64,000 nt of DNA, taken from the IMG/VR virus record IMGVR_UViG_3300025909_000005; one strand, 5' to 3'. Position 1 is the first letter of the stretch. Each line of letters opens with the position of its first letter. This document shows positions 7,892 through 17,223 of the stretch, piece after piece. The translations under genes and the position numbers were made by a program. The notes below the pieces were generated by a model. The model was not told the origin of the DNA. It saw only the letters and a program-made list of their open reading frames with translations, and made no database searches. This stretch comes from a virus (taxonomy: Duplodnaviria; Caudoviricetes).

Positions 7892-9508
7892 ATGTCATCT
7901 TCGATCTACACGAACACCGCAGCTTCCCAGTCGACCAAGCCGACCGTCGCCAAGACGCCAGTCACGTCGCCACAGCCGGGTCGCGAAGCCGAGATGTCTG
8001 TGAACAACACGGGTGGCTTCACCTTCGTGCTCACGCACTGGGGTATCCTGGACCGCTTCCTCATGCTCGGCTCCGAGTCGGGCGGCTACTACGTCGGTGC
8101 GCAGGAAACGACCAACATGTCGTTCGACGTGGTCAAGAAGTGCATCAAGGAAGACGGCGTTCGCGTCGTGAACCGTGCGCTCGAGTACTCGCTCGCAGGC
8201 CGTGCGCCGAAGAATGACCCGGCTGTCGTGGCCATCGCCCTCGCGGCGGTGTACGGCAACCCGGAAACCGTGGCGGCTGCCTACGAGGCGCTGCCGAAGA
8301 TCGCACGTACCGGTACGTGGCTGTTCCTGTTCGTCGAAATCCTCGACAAGCTGGGCAAGTGGAACGCCGCTGCAAAGCGCGGCGTGGCGAACTGGTACAC
8401 CAGCAAGCCAATCGACAAGCTGTCCGTCCAGCTGCTGAAGTACCAGCAGCGCAACGGCTGGGCGCACCGCGACGTGCTGCGTCTCGCACACGTGAAGCCG
8501 TCGTCTGACGTCGTGTCGAACGTGTTCCGCTACTCGATCAAGGGCGAACTGCCGGAAGGCGCAAGCGTTCCGCAGGTGCTCATCGACTTCGAGTCGCTGA
8601 AGCGTTCTGAGGACAAGAAGACTGTCCTGAAGCTGATTGAAGGCTCTGACCTGCTCACGTGGGAAATGGTGCCGACACAGTTCCTGAAGGACAAGGACGT
8701 GCTCATGGCGCTTCTGGCGAACATGGGTCTCACGGCAATGATCCGCAAGCTGGGTGCCCTCTCGGCCCACGGCGTGATCGCACCGCTGTCGGAAGGTTCG
8801 AAGCTGGTCATGGCCAAGCTCTCGGACATCGATCAGCTGAAGCGCGCTCGTGTCCACCCGGTCACGATCCTGCAGGCGTTCAAGCAGTACCAGTCAGGCC
8901 ACGGCACGAAGGGTTCGCTGACCTGGTCGCCAGATGCACGTGTGCTGACGTCGCTTGACGACGCCTTCTACGCAGCGTTCGCGCTAGGTGAGAAGACGAA
9001 CGACAACTACCTGCTGGGTGTCGACATCTCGGGCTCGATGCAGGGCGCGAACGTGAACGGTTCTCCGAACCTCACGGCCGCTGAAGTTGCAGCAGTGATG
9101 GCCATGGCCATCGTGCGCAACCAGCCGAACCACTGGATCACTGGCTTCAACACCCGTCTGATCGACCTGCACCTGACTCCGTCGATGCGCCTCGACGCAG
9201 CACTGAAGGCGCTGAACAAGCACTGGGACGGTGGCGCCACCGACCCGTCGAAGACCTACGAGTACGCCACGGCGCACAACATCAAGGTCGACAAGTTCGT
9301 GTCCATCACGGACAACGAAGTGAACTGCGGCCAGCAGCACACGTCGCAGGCCCTCGCCAAGTACCGTCAAAAGTCTGGCGTGGCAGCGAAGAGCGTGATC
9401 ATCGGCACCTCGGTGTCCAAGTTCACACTCGCTGACCCGAAGGATGCCGGCATGCTGGACATCGCGGGCTTCGACAGCGCGGCACCGCAGCTGATCGCAC
9501 AGCTCTAA
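7892..9508 (+). CDS. rsr: Ro60/Rsr-like RNA-binding protein (TROVE + vWA domains)
   Basis: NNTGGFTF, LDRFLMLGSESGGYY, KYQQRNGWAHRDVLRLAHVKP, LTWEMVP, RVHPVTIL, vWA MIDAS LGVDISGSM, ITDNE, MLDIAGFD; SD aaagga. Confidence 0.93.
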   Translation: MSSSIYTNTAASQSTKPTVAKTPVTSPQPGREAEMSVNNTGGFTFVLTHWGILDRFLMLGSESGGYYVGAQETTNMSFDVVKKCIKEDGVRVVNRALEYSLAGRAPKNDPAVVAIALAAVYGNPETVAAAYEALPKIARTGTWLFLFVEILDKLGKWNAAAKRGVANWYTSKPIDKLSVQLLKYQQRNGWAHRDVLRLAHVKPSSDVVSNVFRYSIKGELPEGASVPQVLIDFESLKRSEDKKTVLKLIEGSDLLTWEMVPTQFLKDKDVLMALLANMGLTAMIRKLGALSAHGVIAPLSEGSKLVMAKLSDIDQLKRARVHPVTILQAFKQYQSGHGTKGSLTWSPDARVLTSLDDAFYAAFALGEKTNDNYLLGVDISGSMQGANVNGSPNLTAAEVAAVMAMAIVRNQPNHWITGFNTRLIDLHLTPSMRLDAALKALNKHWDGGATDPSKTYEYATAHNIKVDKFVSITDNEVNCGQQHTSQALAKYRQKSGVAAKSVIIGTSVSKFTLADPKDAGMLDIAGFDSAAPQLIAQL

Positions 9509-9511
9509 ACC

Positions 9512-9538
9512 AAGGAGGCTTCGGCCTCCTTTCTTTTT
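9512..9538 (+). terminator. Rho-independent terminator
   Basis: aaggaggc-ttcg-gcctcctt followed by a T-rich run. Confidence 0.9.
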
Positions 9539-9554
9539 GTAACAGGAAATACGG

Positions 9555-9821
9555 ATGGACCACGCAGAACGTGAGGCGGTGAGGGAGGCGAACCCACCTG
9601 TCGTGGATTGGGCGCACAGCGCTCACGCCTACTTCGACTGGGGTTGGAAGGGCTGCGGCTTCGGCCAGTTCTCCTTCCACTATGACCACGAGACCGAGAA
9701 GTGGTCCTGTTCGAACGAGATGATGGGCCCTGAAGCTTCGCGAAAGCTGCTTCACGCGTTCGCTGACTTCGTCGCTGACAACCTCGCGCCGGTCATTCTT
9801 GAGCAAGACAAGCGAGATTGA
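9555..9821 (+). CDS. Hypothetical protein
   Basis: 88-aa ORF with SD-like aggaaa. Confidence 0.65.
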   Translation: MDHAEREAVREANPPVVDWAHSAHAYFDWGWKGCGFGQFSFHYDHETEKWSCSNEMMGPEASRKLLHAFADFVADNLAPVILEQDKRD

Positions 9822-9850
9822 TGTACATCTGCACGGGACTGTTGTAAAAT
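9822..9850 (+). promoter_or_regulatory. Early promoter
   Basis: TGTACA-17-TAAAAT. Confidence 0.7.
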
Positions 9851-9856
9851 GGTCTC

Positions 9857-10543
9857 ATGCAAATCTACTGTGACGGCGGTCAAAAGACGCATCAGACCAA
9901 AACCGCACTGACCAAGAAGCGAGCACTGGTCCAGACGATCTCGTTCGGCATTCGTGTCGAGCTCGGTGGTGATGAAAGCGCTGAGCTCTCTGGTCGCCGC
10001 ACAGGTCGCACGATCAATGGGCTGCACGAGCAGTTTGCGTTCATCGAGGCTGTCATCTTCGCAGATGCGCACAACGGCAACACGTTCAACACGGTGATCT
10101 ACACCGACTGCATCGGCCTCACCGGCATGTGGATGTTGCCAACTCTGTCCGAACGCATGAGCACTGGCGTCGCCCGCCGCTTCCGCAAGGACCTCGACCG
10201 ACTCGATAAGTACTACTCGAAGCGCGTTCTCGATCTGGCCTTTGACTACTTCCTCTTCGCGAAGGTGGTGTGGGTCAAGGGACACGACACGAACAAGTGC
10301 ATCGGAAACGCTCGCGCAGACTATCTCGCAACCATGGCCTACGAATCGCGCACTCCGCAGCCGTTCGAGAAGTGGATCAGAGTTGGCTTCGCAAAGTACG
10401 ATGGCAACGGAAAGCATCACCGAGTTTACGCCGCATTCGGCAACACCCTGCAAAAGGAAAAGCAAGTATGGCCACAATCCACCATGACCTCATCGGAACG
10501 ATCCCTGAAGTTGAGTGCTTCCGCAACGGAGTCCTCGAAGTAG
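9857..10543 (+). CDS. Ribonuclease HI-like protein
   Basis: IYCDGG, EQFAFIEA, IYTDC, VWVKGH, GNARADYLA match the RNase H catalytic D/E/D/H/D order. Confidence 0.75.
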   Translation: MQIYCDGGQKTHQTKTALTKKRALVQTISFGIRVELGGDESAELSGRRTGRTINGLHEQFAFIEAVIFADAHNGNTFNTVIYTDCIGLTGMWMLPTLSERMSTGVARRFRKDLDRLDKYYSKRVLDLAFDYFLFAKVVWVKGHDTNKCIGNARADYLATMAYESRTPQPFEKWIRVGFAKYDGNGKHHRVYAAFGNTLQKEKQVWPQSTMTSSERSLKLSASATESSK

Positions 10544-10773
10544 CTGACCGCATCGTCGCCCACCGTGCCGCGATGGTCCGTCCTGAGTTCGGTCTCATGG
10601 ACCGAGTGGACATCGACCTCTGGATTCAAGATCAGTTCAAGGACCCTGCCGCCCTCAAGGCGATCAGCGACGGCGTCATTCTCGAAATGTGCGCGACTCA
10701 CTTCTACGGCCTGGACCCGGAAGAGTTCGACGACATCCTCGACCTCATCACCGAAATCCGCGCTCTGTCCTGA
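10468..10773 (+). CDS. Hypothetical protein
   Basis: ATG 10468 after aaggaaaa; overlaps the RNase H tail. Confidence 0.6.
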   Translation: MATIHHDLIGTIPEVECFRNGVLEVADRIVAHRAAMVRPEFGLMDRVDIDLWIQDQFKDPAALKAISDGVILEMCATHFYGLDPEEFDDILDLITEIRALS

Positions 10774-10774
10774 T

Positions 10775-10803
10775 TGTACACGGCGCGAGCCGTAGGTTAT
10801 AAT
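10775..10803 (+). promoter_or_regulatory. Early promoter
   Basis: TGTACA-17-TATAAT. Confidence 0.8.
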
Positions 10804-10825
10804 CGATCAAACGATAGGACAACCC

Positions 10826-11065
10826 ATGGCCCTCCCGCAAAACCCAGATCAGTTCCGCCAGCGGGCGGACACGGCAGCCTGCTTCTTCGGGTACGACATT
10901 GACGATCCCTCATGGACTGCCTCGATGAACCACCTGATGGACTGCATCGCCTACGCGCGCAGAAACCCGCTGGCGGCCCCCTCTGACTACATGTCGCCCA
11001 TCGACATCATGTTCGGACGAACTGTCGTCGATCTCATCGAGGAATACGAGGCACTACAACAATGA
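10826..11065 (+). CDS. Hypothetical protein
   Basis: SD agga; directly downstream of the early promoter. Confidence 0.7.
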   Translation: MALPQNPDQFRQRADTAACFFGYDIDDPSWTASMNHLMDCIAYARRNPLAAPSDYMSPIDIMFGRTVVDLIEEYEALQQ

Positions 11066-11305
11066 GCAGCAACTGATGGAACGCACCACTGAAGTCCATC
11101 TCACGCAGGAAGAGATGCAGGCGATTCTTCGTCGCGCACTGGGGCTGCCACACGCTGGTGTGATCGACATCTTCATCGAGGACGAGCTGCCACTGCGCGG
11201 CAGCTTCAAGGTGGTTCACTTCGAAACGGACATCAGACCGCACCTGTAACGCCTTTGGTTACACTTCAGGTTCTAGAGGAGTGGCAGATGTTCTATAATC
11301 GATCT

Positions 11306-12010
11306 ATGAAAAGTGATTCACTGACGAAGTTCGAGAAGCTTCGCATCTCAGCACGCTACTGGCTCCTCGGCCTGGCTGAACACGATGAGCGGTACTACAG
11401 CGTGTTGGACGCCATGGAGTATGGCCTCGAACACCACTGCGGTGTTCGCAACGGCGGCGACCCCGAGTTCATCCACCAGCTGATGATCTTCCACCACATC
11501 CGCACGTTCCACAAGGTGCTGCGGAACCCTCACACCGTCTACAAGCTGATCTTCCTGCACGATGCAGTCGAGGACCCACGCACTGACGCTTCTACTGGCG
11601 AAAAGGTGTTCGTCTCCCTCGAGGAGGTGGCTCGTCGCTGGGGCCCTGAGCTGGCCAACAAGCTTCGCCTGATCTCGAAGGAGATTCTTGGCGTCAAGAA
11701 CCCCGACTACTCGCTCGATACCATCTTCGCTGACGAGGACCTCTCAGTGGTGAAGTCTGGCGACCGCGTCAACAACGTCTCCACGATGTTCGGCGTGTTC
11801 AAGCCGGCGCGGCTTGAGCGCTACGTCAAGGAAACGATCGAGCAGTTCCTCGATCGAATCAAGTCTGCACGCCGCAAGTTCCCGCACCAAGAAGCGATCT
11901 ACGAGAACGCCAAGATGGAGCTCGTGAACCAGCTGACCCTCATCAACCACATCATGAGCACCACGAATGAACTGGGAACTTCCGTTTCGGCCAATTCTAC
12001 CGCATCCTGA
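11306..12010 (+). CDS. HD-domain phosphohydrolase, RelA/SpoT hydrolase-like (small alarmone hydrolase)
   Basis: H..R..G.PEFIHQL, LHDAVED, VKSGDRVNN; TATAAT at 11294-11299. Confidence 0.8.
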   Translation: MKSDSLTKFEKLRISARYWLLGLAEHDERYYSVLDAMEYGLEHHCGVRNGGDPEFIHQLMIFHHIRTFHKVLRNPHTVYKLIFLHDAVEDPRTDASTGEKVFVSLEEVARRWGPELANKLRLISKEILGVKNPDYSLDTIFADEDLSVVKSGDRVNNVSTMFGVFKPARLERYVKETIEQFLDRIKSARRKFPHQEAIYENAKMELVNQLTLINHIMSTTNELGTSVSANSTAS

Positions 12011-12146
12011 TCTGCCGCAGAGCTTCCGCGACCTCGTCACCTACAAGGATGTCGAGCTGCGCATCGCAATGCTGCTGACGGAGCTGCCGCCCGATCAACG
12101 CGAGAAGGTGCTGGTGACGGCGCTGCACCGCTCGGAGATCGTGTAG
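11967..12146 (+). CDS. Small hypothetical protein (59 aa)
   Basis: Fills the gap between the HD gene and 12148. Confidence 0.4.
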   Translation: MNWELPFRPILPHPDLPQSFRDLVTYKDVELRIAMLLTELPPDQREKVLVTALHRSEIV

Positions 12147-12147
12147 C

Positions 12148-12345
12148 ATGCGCTTCATGATCCACTACAACGGGGCCGCCGTCTACGTGAAGGAGCGAGA
12201 GTTCTTTCTAGCGCAGAAGAAGGCAGCTCCTACATGGGACACGTCGAACTGGCATGGACCAATCGAGGCCGATGGCATCGAGCATGCACGCCTCATTGGA
12301 CAGAACATGGTCCGTGACGGCAAACTGAAAGCACCACATCAATGA
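12148..12345 (+). CDS. Hypothetical protein
   Basis: Coupled ORF in the operon. Confidence 0.6.
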   Translation: MRFMIHYNGAAVYVKEREFFLAQKKAAPTWDTSNWHGPIEADGIEHARLIGQNMVRDGKLKAPHQ

Positions 12346-12596
12346 CGCAAGAACGACACTGCGTGATCGTCGCGAAGACTCTCGAGGACATCCTTGCCGC
12401 GTGCGACCGCCACATTCGCAATGCGAGCATGACCCTCATGGACTCGATCGAGTGTGGCGATGTCACATCAACTGACAACTTCTGGTGCGAGTACATGAAA
12501 AGCGGCTGGGAAGACCTTCGCGCCGACGTGCTCGAAATGATCAAGGAGCGAGACGTTCGCGCCAACTGGATCGTACCAATTCGGGACAAAGAATGA
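12342..12596 (+). CDS. Hypothetical protein
   Basis: ATGA overlaps on both sides. Confidence 0.65.
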   Translation: MTQERHCVIVAKTLEDILAACDRHIRNASMTLMDSIECGDVTSTDNFWCEYMKSGWEDLRADVLEMIKERDVRANWIVPIRDKE

Positions 12597-13210
12597 CAGT
12601 CAAGATGATCCTCGCTGTTGACGAGGGCAATGCAATCGGTTGGGAAGACGGCTCGCTGCCGTGGAAGATTCCAGCCGACATGAAGCGGTTCAAGGAGCTC
12701 ACGACAGGCCACGACGTCCTCATGGGATGGAAGACCTTCATCTCCCTCAGGCGGCCGCACGGCCTGCCGAACCGCACCAACCACATCCTCACAAGGAAGT
12801 CGTATGCTGAATGTGCGCCCTTCCTCGGCGTTGATGCCGCGAAGGTCCATGAGTTTACAAATTCGCCCGCGCGGTGGCTCACGCTGCCCCAAGAAGTTCG
12901 TGTCACGGATACCTTTCAGGACTACGTACGCGCGCACCAAGAAGGGTTGAACCCGAAGGACCTGTGGATCATCGGCGGAGCCGAGGTCTACATGCAGGCG
13001 ATCGTCCACAAGCTCGTCGACGAAATCTATGTCACGCGTGTGGCAATGATGTCTGGTGCAAGCGTGAGGCTCCCGTTCGACCTGTATGACATCGAGAAGT
13101 TCATTGACCACCAGGACGCTTATGGTGTACAATGGACCATGCACGAACGAATGGTGCAAAAGCAAGACGATCTCAGCTTTGACTTCACAACTTTGAAGAA
13201 GACCCAATGA
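12593..13210 (+). CDS. folA: Dihydrofolate reductase
   Basis: ILAVDEGNAIG, LPWKIPADMKRFKELT, VLMGWKTF, LPNRTN, IIGGAEVY, IYVTRV. Confidence 0.92.
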   Translation: MTVKMILAVDEGNAIGWEDGSLPWKIPADMKRFKELTTGHDVLMGWKTFISLRRPHGLPNRTNHILTRKSYAECAPFLGVDAAKVHEFTNSPARWLTLPQEVRVTDTFQDYVRAHQEGLNPKDLWIIGGAEVYMQAIVHKLVDEIYVTRVAMMSGASVRLPFDLYDIEKFIDHQDAYGVQWTMHERMVQKQDDLSFDFTTLKKTQ

Positions 13211-13635
13211 CCATTTTTCGTACCCGCGGTTTCGACTCCCTGATCGGGAAGGGAAGCAGCATCCAAGGTGATCTCATCATCGAACAGAACTCAACGTTCC
13301 AGGTCGATGGAGTCGTGCGCGCAAGTCGCATCAACGAGATCACGAACCCCGCGCTCGAGCGCAAGAAGAACGAGACCACGCTGCGCGTAAATGGACTCGT
13401 GTGCGGTGGTGACGGGGTTCCAGAAGCAGGCGGCCTTCTCATCGAGGTAGCCAACGTCATCGTTTCTGGTGCGATCCACTGCAGCAAGCTGACCGTTGAA
13501 GGTACGCTGGCCGTCAAGGCAGGCGCAACGCTGAATGCCGACGAGATCTACTACCGCGATCTGGTGATCGAAACGGGCGCCATCGTGCATGGACAAATGT
13601 TCCATCTCGATCACCTGCCAACCAGCGCAGAGTAA
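13207..13635 (+). CDS. Bactofilin-like polymer-forming protein
   Basis: SLIGKGSSIQGDL...QVDGVVRA...VSGAIHC...LAVKAGATLNA...LVIETGAIVHGQM beta-helix repeat pattern. Confidence 0.7.
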   Translation: MTIFRTRGFDSLIGKGSSIQGDLIIEQNSTFQVDGVVRASRINEITNPALERKKNETTLRVNGLVCGGDGVPEAGGLLIEVANVIVSGAIHCSKLTVEGTLAVKAGATLNADEIYYRDLVIETGAIVHGQMFHLDHLPTSAE

Positions 13636-13648
13636 TCTCCTTTCTCCG

Positions 13649-13669
13649 CTCTGTCTAAATACGACAGAG
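13649..13669 (+). promoter_or_regulatory. Late promoter TAAATA in the loop of a 7-bp hairpin
   Basis: ctctgtc-taaatac-gacagag. Confidence 0.6.
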
Positions 13670-13706
13670 ACTTCCATACACGATACACACAACCTGAGGT
13701 GCACTC

Positions 13707-15671
13707 ATGAGCAAGCTTTCCTCTCTCACGTCCTCATTCGCCAGCAAGTTCGCAAAGCCGGAGGTGATGAGCCTCGATGCGTACCTCGACCTGTGCAAGA
13801 CGGACCACATGGCGTACGCGAACGCCGCCGAACGCATGGTTGCTGCCATCGGCCAACCGAAGCTGGTCGACACGTCCGGCGACCCGCGCCTGAGTCGCAT
13901 CCACTCGAACAAGAAGATCCGCGTGTACGACGCGTTCTCCGACTTCTACGGTGCTGAAGACGCCCTCGAACCGCTCGTCGCGTACTTCCGCCACGCAGCT
14001 GCCAACCTCGAAGAAGCCAAGCAGATCCTGTACCTCAAGGGCCCGGTCGGCGGCGGCAAGTCCTCCATCGTCGAGCGCCTGAAGACGCTCATGGAGAAGT
14101 TCCCAATCTACGTGCTGTACGACGCCAGCGAAAAGAACCCTGAACTGGCCACCTCGCCAGTGTTCGAGTCGCCGCTCGGTCTGTTCGACCGCAACGACCC
14201 AGCCCACCTCGAGCTGATCAACGACTCGGGCATTCCGCTCGGCTACTTCAACCAGACCGTCATCTCCGGCTGGGCTCAGCAGAAGCTGCGCGAGTTCGAA
14301 GGCGACATCACCCGCTTCTCGGTCGTCAAGCTGTGGCCGAACAAGGACAGCCAGGTCGCCGTCATGAAGGTCGAACCAGGTGACGAGAACAACCAGGACG
14401 TCTCTGTCCTGATCGGCAAGACGGACCTGCGCAAGCTCGAAGAGTACCCGCAGAACCACCCGTACGCCTACTCGTACAGCGGCGGTCTGAACCGCACCAA
14501 CCAGGGTCTGATGGACTTCGCTGAAATGTTCAAGGCGAACATCAAGACGCTGAACCCGCTGCTGATGGCCACGCAGGAACACAACTACAACGGCACGGAA
14601 GCCATCCCTGCGATGCCGTACCAAGGCATCATCGTCGCGCACTCGAACGAGAGCGAATGGCACCAGTTCAAGAACAACAAGACGAACGAGGCCTTCCTGG
14701 ACCGCGTGTACATCGTCGACGTTCCGTACTGCCTGCGCATCGACGAAGAGATCAAGATCTACGAGAAGATGCTGAACGGCTCCACCCTGCGCTCGGCGCC
14801 GGTGGCACCAGGCACGCTCAAGATGCTGGCCCAGTGGATGATCCTCACGCGCCTGAAGGACCACGAGAACTCGAACCTCTACGCGAAGCTGCGCGTCTAC
14901 AACGGCGACAACGTGAAGGACACGATGCCGAACGCCAAGCCGTACGAAGAGTACCGCTCGGCGGCGGGTGTCGACGAAGGCATGAACGGCATGTCGACCC
15001 GCTTCGCCTTCAAGATCCTGTCGGCGGTGTTCGACCTCCGTCCGGAAGAGAAGCAAGCCAACCCGATCGACCTCATGTTCGTCATCGAGGAAGTGATCAA
15101 GAAGGAACAGCTGCCTGAAGAGAAGCACCAGAAGTACCTCGACTTCATCAAGGGCTTCCTGCAGCCGAAGTACTCCGAGTTCCTCGACAAGGAACTGCGC
15201 ACGGCGTACCTCGAGTCGGGCAACAGCTTCGGCCAGAACATGTTCGAACGCTACGTCCTCTTCGCAGAAGCGTGGATCAACGACGAACAGTGCCGTGATC
15301 CGGAAACGTACACGATGCTGAACCGCGACATCCTCAACCAGAAGCTGGAAGAGATTGAGAAGGCGGCTGGCATCACGAACGCGAAGGACTTCCGCAACGA
15401 GATCGTGAACTATGTTCTCCGTTACAAGTCGAAGAACGAAGGCAAGTCGCCACGCTGGGACCAGTACGAGAAGATCAAGACGGTCATCGAGAAGCGCATG
15501 TTCTCGGCAACCGAGCAAATCATGCCGGTCATCGCGTTCGGTCCGAAGCAGGACACCGAGACGGAAGAAAAGCACAAGGGCTTCGTGCAGCGCATGCTCG
15601 ACAAGGGCTACACGGAAAATCAGGTGAAGATCCTGGTGTCGTGGTACACCAACAACCGCAAGAGCTCCTAA
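13707..15671 (+). CDS. prkA: PrkA/YeaG-family AAA+ ATPase (serine kinase annotation)
   Basis: ILYLKGPVGGGKSS, GGLNRTNQGLMDFAEMFKA, AHSNESEW, AFLDR, GMSTRFAFK. Confidence 0.95.
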   Translation: MSKLSSLTSSFASKFAKPEVMSLDAYLDLCKTDHMAYANAAERMVAAIGQPKLVDTSGDPRLSRIHSNKKIRVYDAFSDFYGAEDALEPLVAYFRHAAANLEEAKQILYLKGPVGGGKSSIVERLKTLMEKFPIYVLYDASEKNPELATSPVFESPLGLFDRNDPAHLELINDSGIPLGYFNQTVISGWAQQKLREFEGDITRFSVVKLWPNKDSQVAVMKVEPGDENNQDVSVLIGKTDLRKLEEYPQNHPYAYSYSGGLNRTNQGLMDFAEMFKANIKTLNPLLMATQEHNYNGTEAIPAMPYQGIIVAHSNESEWHQFKNNKTNEAFLDRVYIVDVPYCLRIDEEIKIYEKMLNGSTLRSAPVAPGTLKMLAQWMILTRLKDHENSNLYAKLRVYNGDNVKDTMPNAKPYEEYRSAAGVDEGMNGMSTRFAFKILSAVFDLRPEEKQANPIDLMFVIEEVIKKEQLPEEKHQKYLDFIKGFLQPKYSEFLDKELRTAYLESGNSFGQNMFERYVLFAEAWINDEQCRDPETYTMLNRDILNQKLEEIEKAAGITNAKDFRNEIVNYVLRYKSKNEGKSPRWDQYEKIKTVIEKRMFSATEQIMPVIAFGPKQDTETEEKHKGFVQRMLDKGYTENQVKILVSWYTNNRKSS

Positions 15672-15672
15672 A

Positions 15673-15846
15673 ATGGGCGTGTTCCTCGTCATCTGTGCTC
15701 TCCTCTGCCTAGGCGTAATTGCCTGGGCAATTCAGAGCGATGACGTGAGCAGCGACGGTGCTTGTGCAATTGCCTTCATCTTCGCCATAGCCGCGTTGGC
15801 CCTGCTCATCATGGCAGGGATCAACATCAACGGCGTTCGCCCATAA
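15673..15846 (+). CDS. Small 2-TM membrane protein (57 aa) inside the prkA operon
   Basis: MGVFLVICALLCLGVIAWAI...AIAFIFAIAALALLIMAG. Confidence 0.5.
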   Translation: MGVFLVICALLCLGVIAWAIQSDDVSSDGACAIAFIFAIAALALLIMAGININGVRP

Positions 15847-15855
15847 GGAGGGTCC

Positions 15856-17223
15856 ATGTTCAAGACACCACTATCATCGACGTTCATCTTCGTCGACCGT
15901 CGTCAGACCGGTCGGGGAAAATCAACGAACAACCGGCAGAAGCTTCTCAAGCGGATCAAGGACTCCATTCGCAACGCGAAGCCTGAAGACATTGACGCAG
16001 GCGGCATCAAGACCGCTGGATCCGGCGCTGCGGGCGGTTTCACCAATCCGGTGAAGGTTGCTCGCAGCGCCCTCCATGAGCCAACGTTCCACTACGACAG
16101 CGAGCACGGTGAGCGCGAGTACGTGCTCATCGGCAACGACAAAGGCGGTGGTGAAGAAGGAGATCGTGGCTTCCTCAAGGGCGAGGAGTTCCCCGTCTCA
16201 CGTGGAGGTGGCAGAGGCGGCTCTGGAGCTGGTCGTGGAGGTGGCAATTCCGAAGATGACTTCATCATCAACATCTCCCGTCAGGAGTTCTTCGACGTCT
16301 TCTTCGAGGACTGCGAGCTTCCTGACCTGAAGGAGACCCACGAGAAGGACCTGCCGGAGTTCATCAACAAGCGCGCCGGCTTCCAAAAGACCGGCAACCC
16401 TGGTCAACTCGCGATCATCCGCACGTTCAAGCTGTCGAAGGCCCGTCGCCTCGCACTCACGAAGAAGTCCCGTGAGGAGCTCGCTGAGCTCGAGGCAGAG
16501 CTGGAGCAGCTCATGTCGGACGACCACGAGCAGGACGTCACGCAGTGGGCGCAGCGGATGGGTTGGGTCACGCACCGAATCCAGGAACTGAAGGACAAGA
16601 TCGACGGCGTCACGATGTACGAGGACCTCGATCACCGCTACCGCAAGACGGAGAAGGTGCAGGTCAAGGCCTCCGATGCCGTGCTGTTCATGCTCATGGA
16701 CGTCTCAGGCTCCATGGACGAGGACAAGAAGCGGGCAGCTCGCAAGTTCTTCTCGCTGCAGTACGCCTTCATCAAGCGCAAGTATCCGCAGACCGACCTC
16801 GTGTTCATCGCCCACACGGACGAGCCCGAGGAAATGACGGAAGAGGAGTTCTTTACGACTCGTCTGTCAGGCGGCACCGTCGTTTCACCAGCATGGGCGC
16901 TCTGCCACCAGATCATCCGTGAACGGTACGACGCCAACCAAACGAACCTCTACGTTTCCTACGCCGGTGACGGCGACAACTGGGACGGCGACAACGCGTT
17001 GGTCATGCAGGAAATCGAAGGTGGCCTGATCCAGAAGCTTCGTCACTGCGTCTACCTCCAGGTTGGCCACATCGCCAGCAACTGGGCCGGCAGCCTGTGG
17101 AACACGATGCAGTCCATCGCCAACACCACTGAGAAGATGGCCGTCCTCAAGATCAACGACGACTCAGCCGTCTTCGATGCATTCAAGTCCCTCTACGGCA
17201 AGAAAGGTCTGAAGAAGAAATGA
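15856..17223 (+). CDS. yeaH: YeaH/YhbH (DUF444) vWA-domain protein
   Basis: DRR..GRGKSTNNRQK, EFFDVFFEDCELPDL, FMLMDVSGSM, SGGTVVS, GDGDNW. Confidence 0.93.
   Translation: MFKTPLSSTFIFVDRRQTGRGKSTNNRQKLLKRIKDSIRNAKPEDIDAGGIKTAGSGAAGGFTNPVKVARSALHEPTFHYDSEHGEREYVLIGNDKGGGEEGDRGFLKGEEFPVSRGGGRGGSGAGRGGGNSEDDFIINISRQEFFDVFFEDCELPDLKETHEKDLPEFINKRAGFQKTGNPGQLAIIRTFKLSKARRLALTKKSREELAELEAELEQLMSDDHEQDVTQWAQRMGWVTHRIQELKDKIDGVTMYEDLDHRYRKTEKVQVKASDAVLFMLMDVSGSMDEDKKRAARKFFSLQYAFIKRKYPQTDLVFIAHTDEPEEMTEEEFFTTRLSGGTVVSPAWALCHQIIRERYDANQTNLYVSYAGDGDNWDGDNALVMQEIEGGLIQKLRHCVYLQVGHIASNWAGSLWNTMQSIANTTEKMAVLKINDDSAVFDAFKSLYGKKGLKKK

Noticed and set aside
13734-15692. 652-aa minus-strand ORF (likewise 44904-46217, 7895-8857, 31519-32409, 47735-48592, 29174-30337)
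   Set aside because: Antisense shadows of well-supported genes with strong GC3 bias; no motifs, SD or promoter
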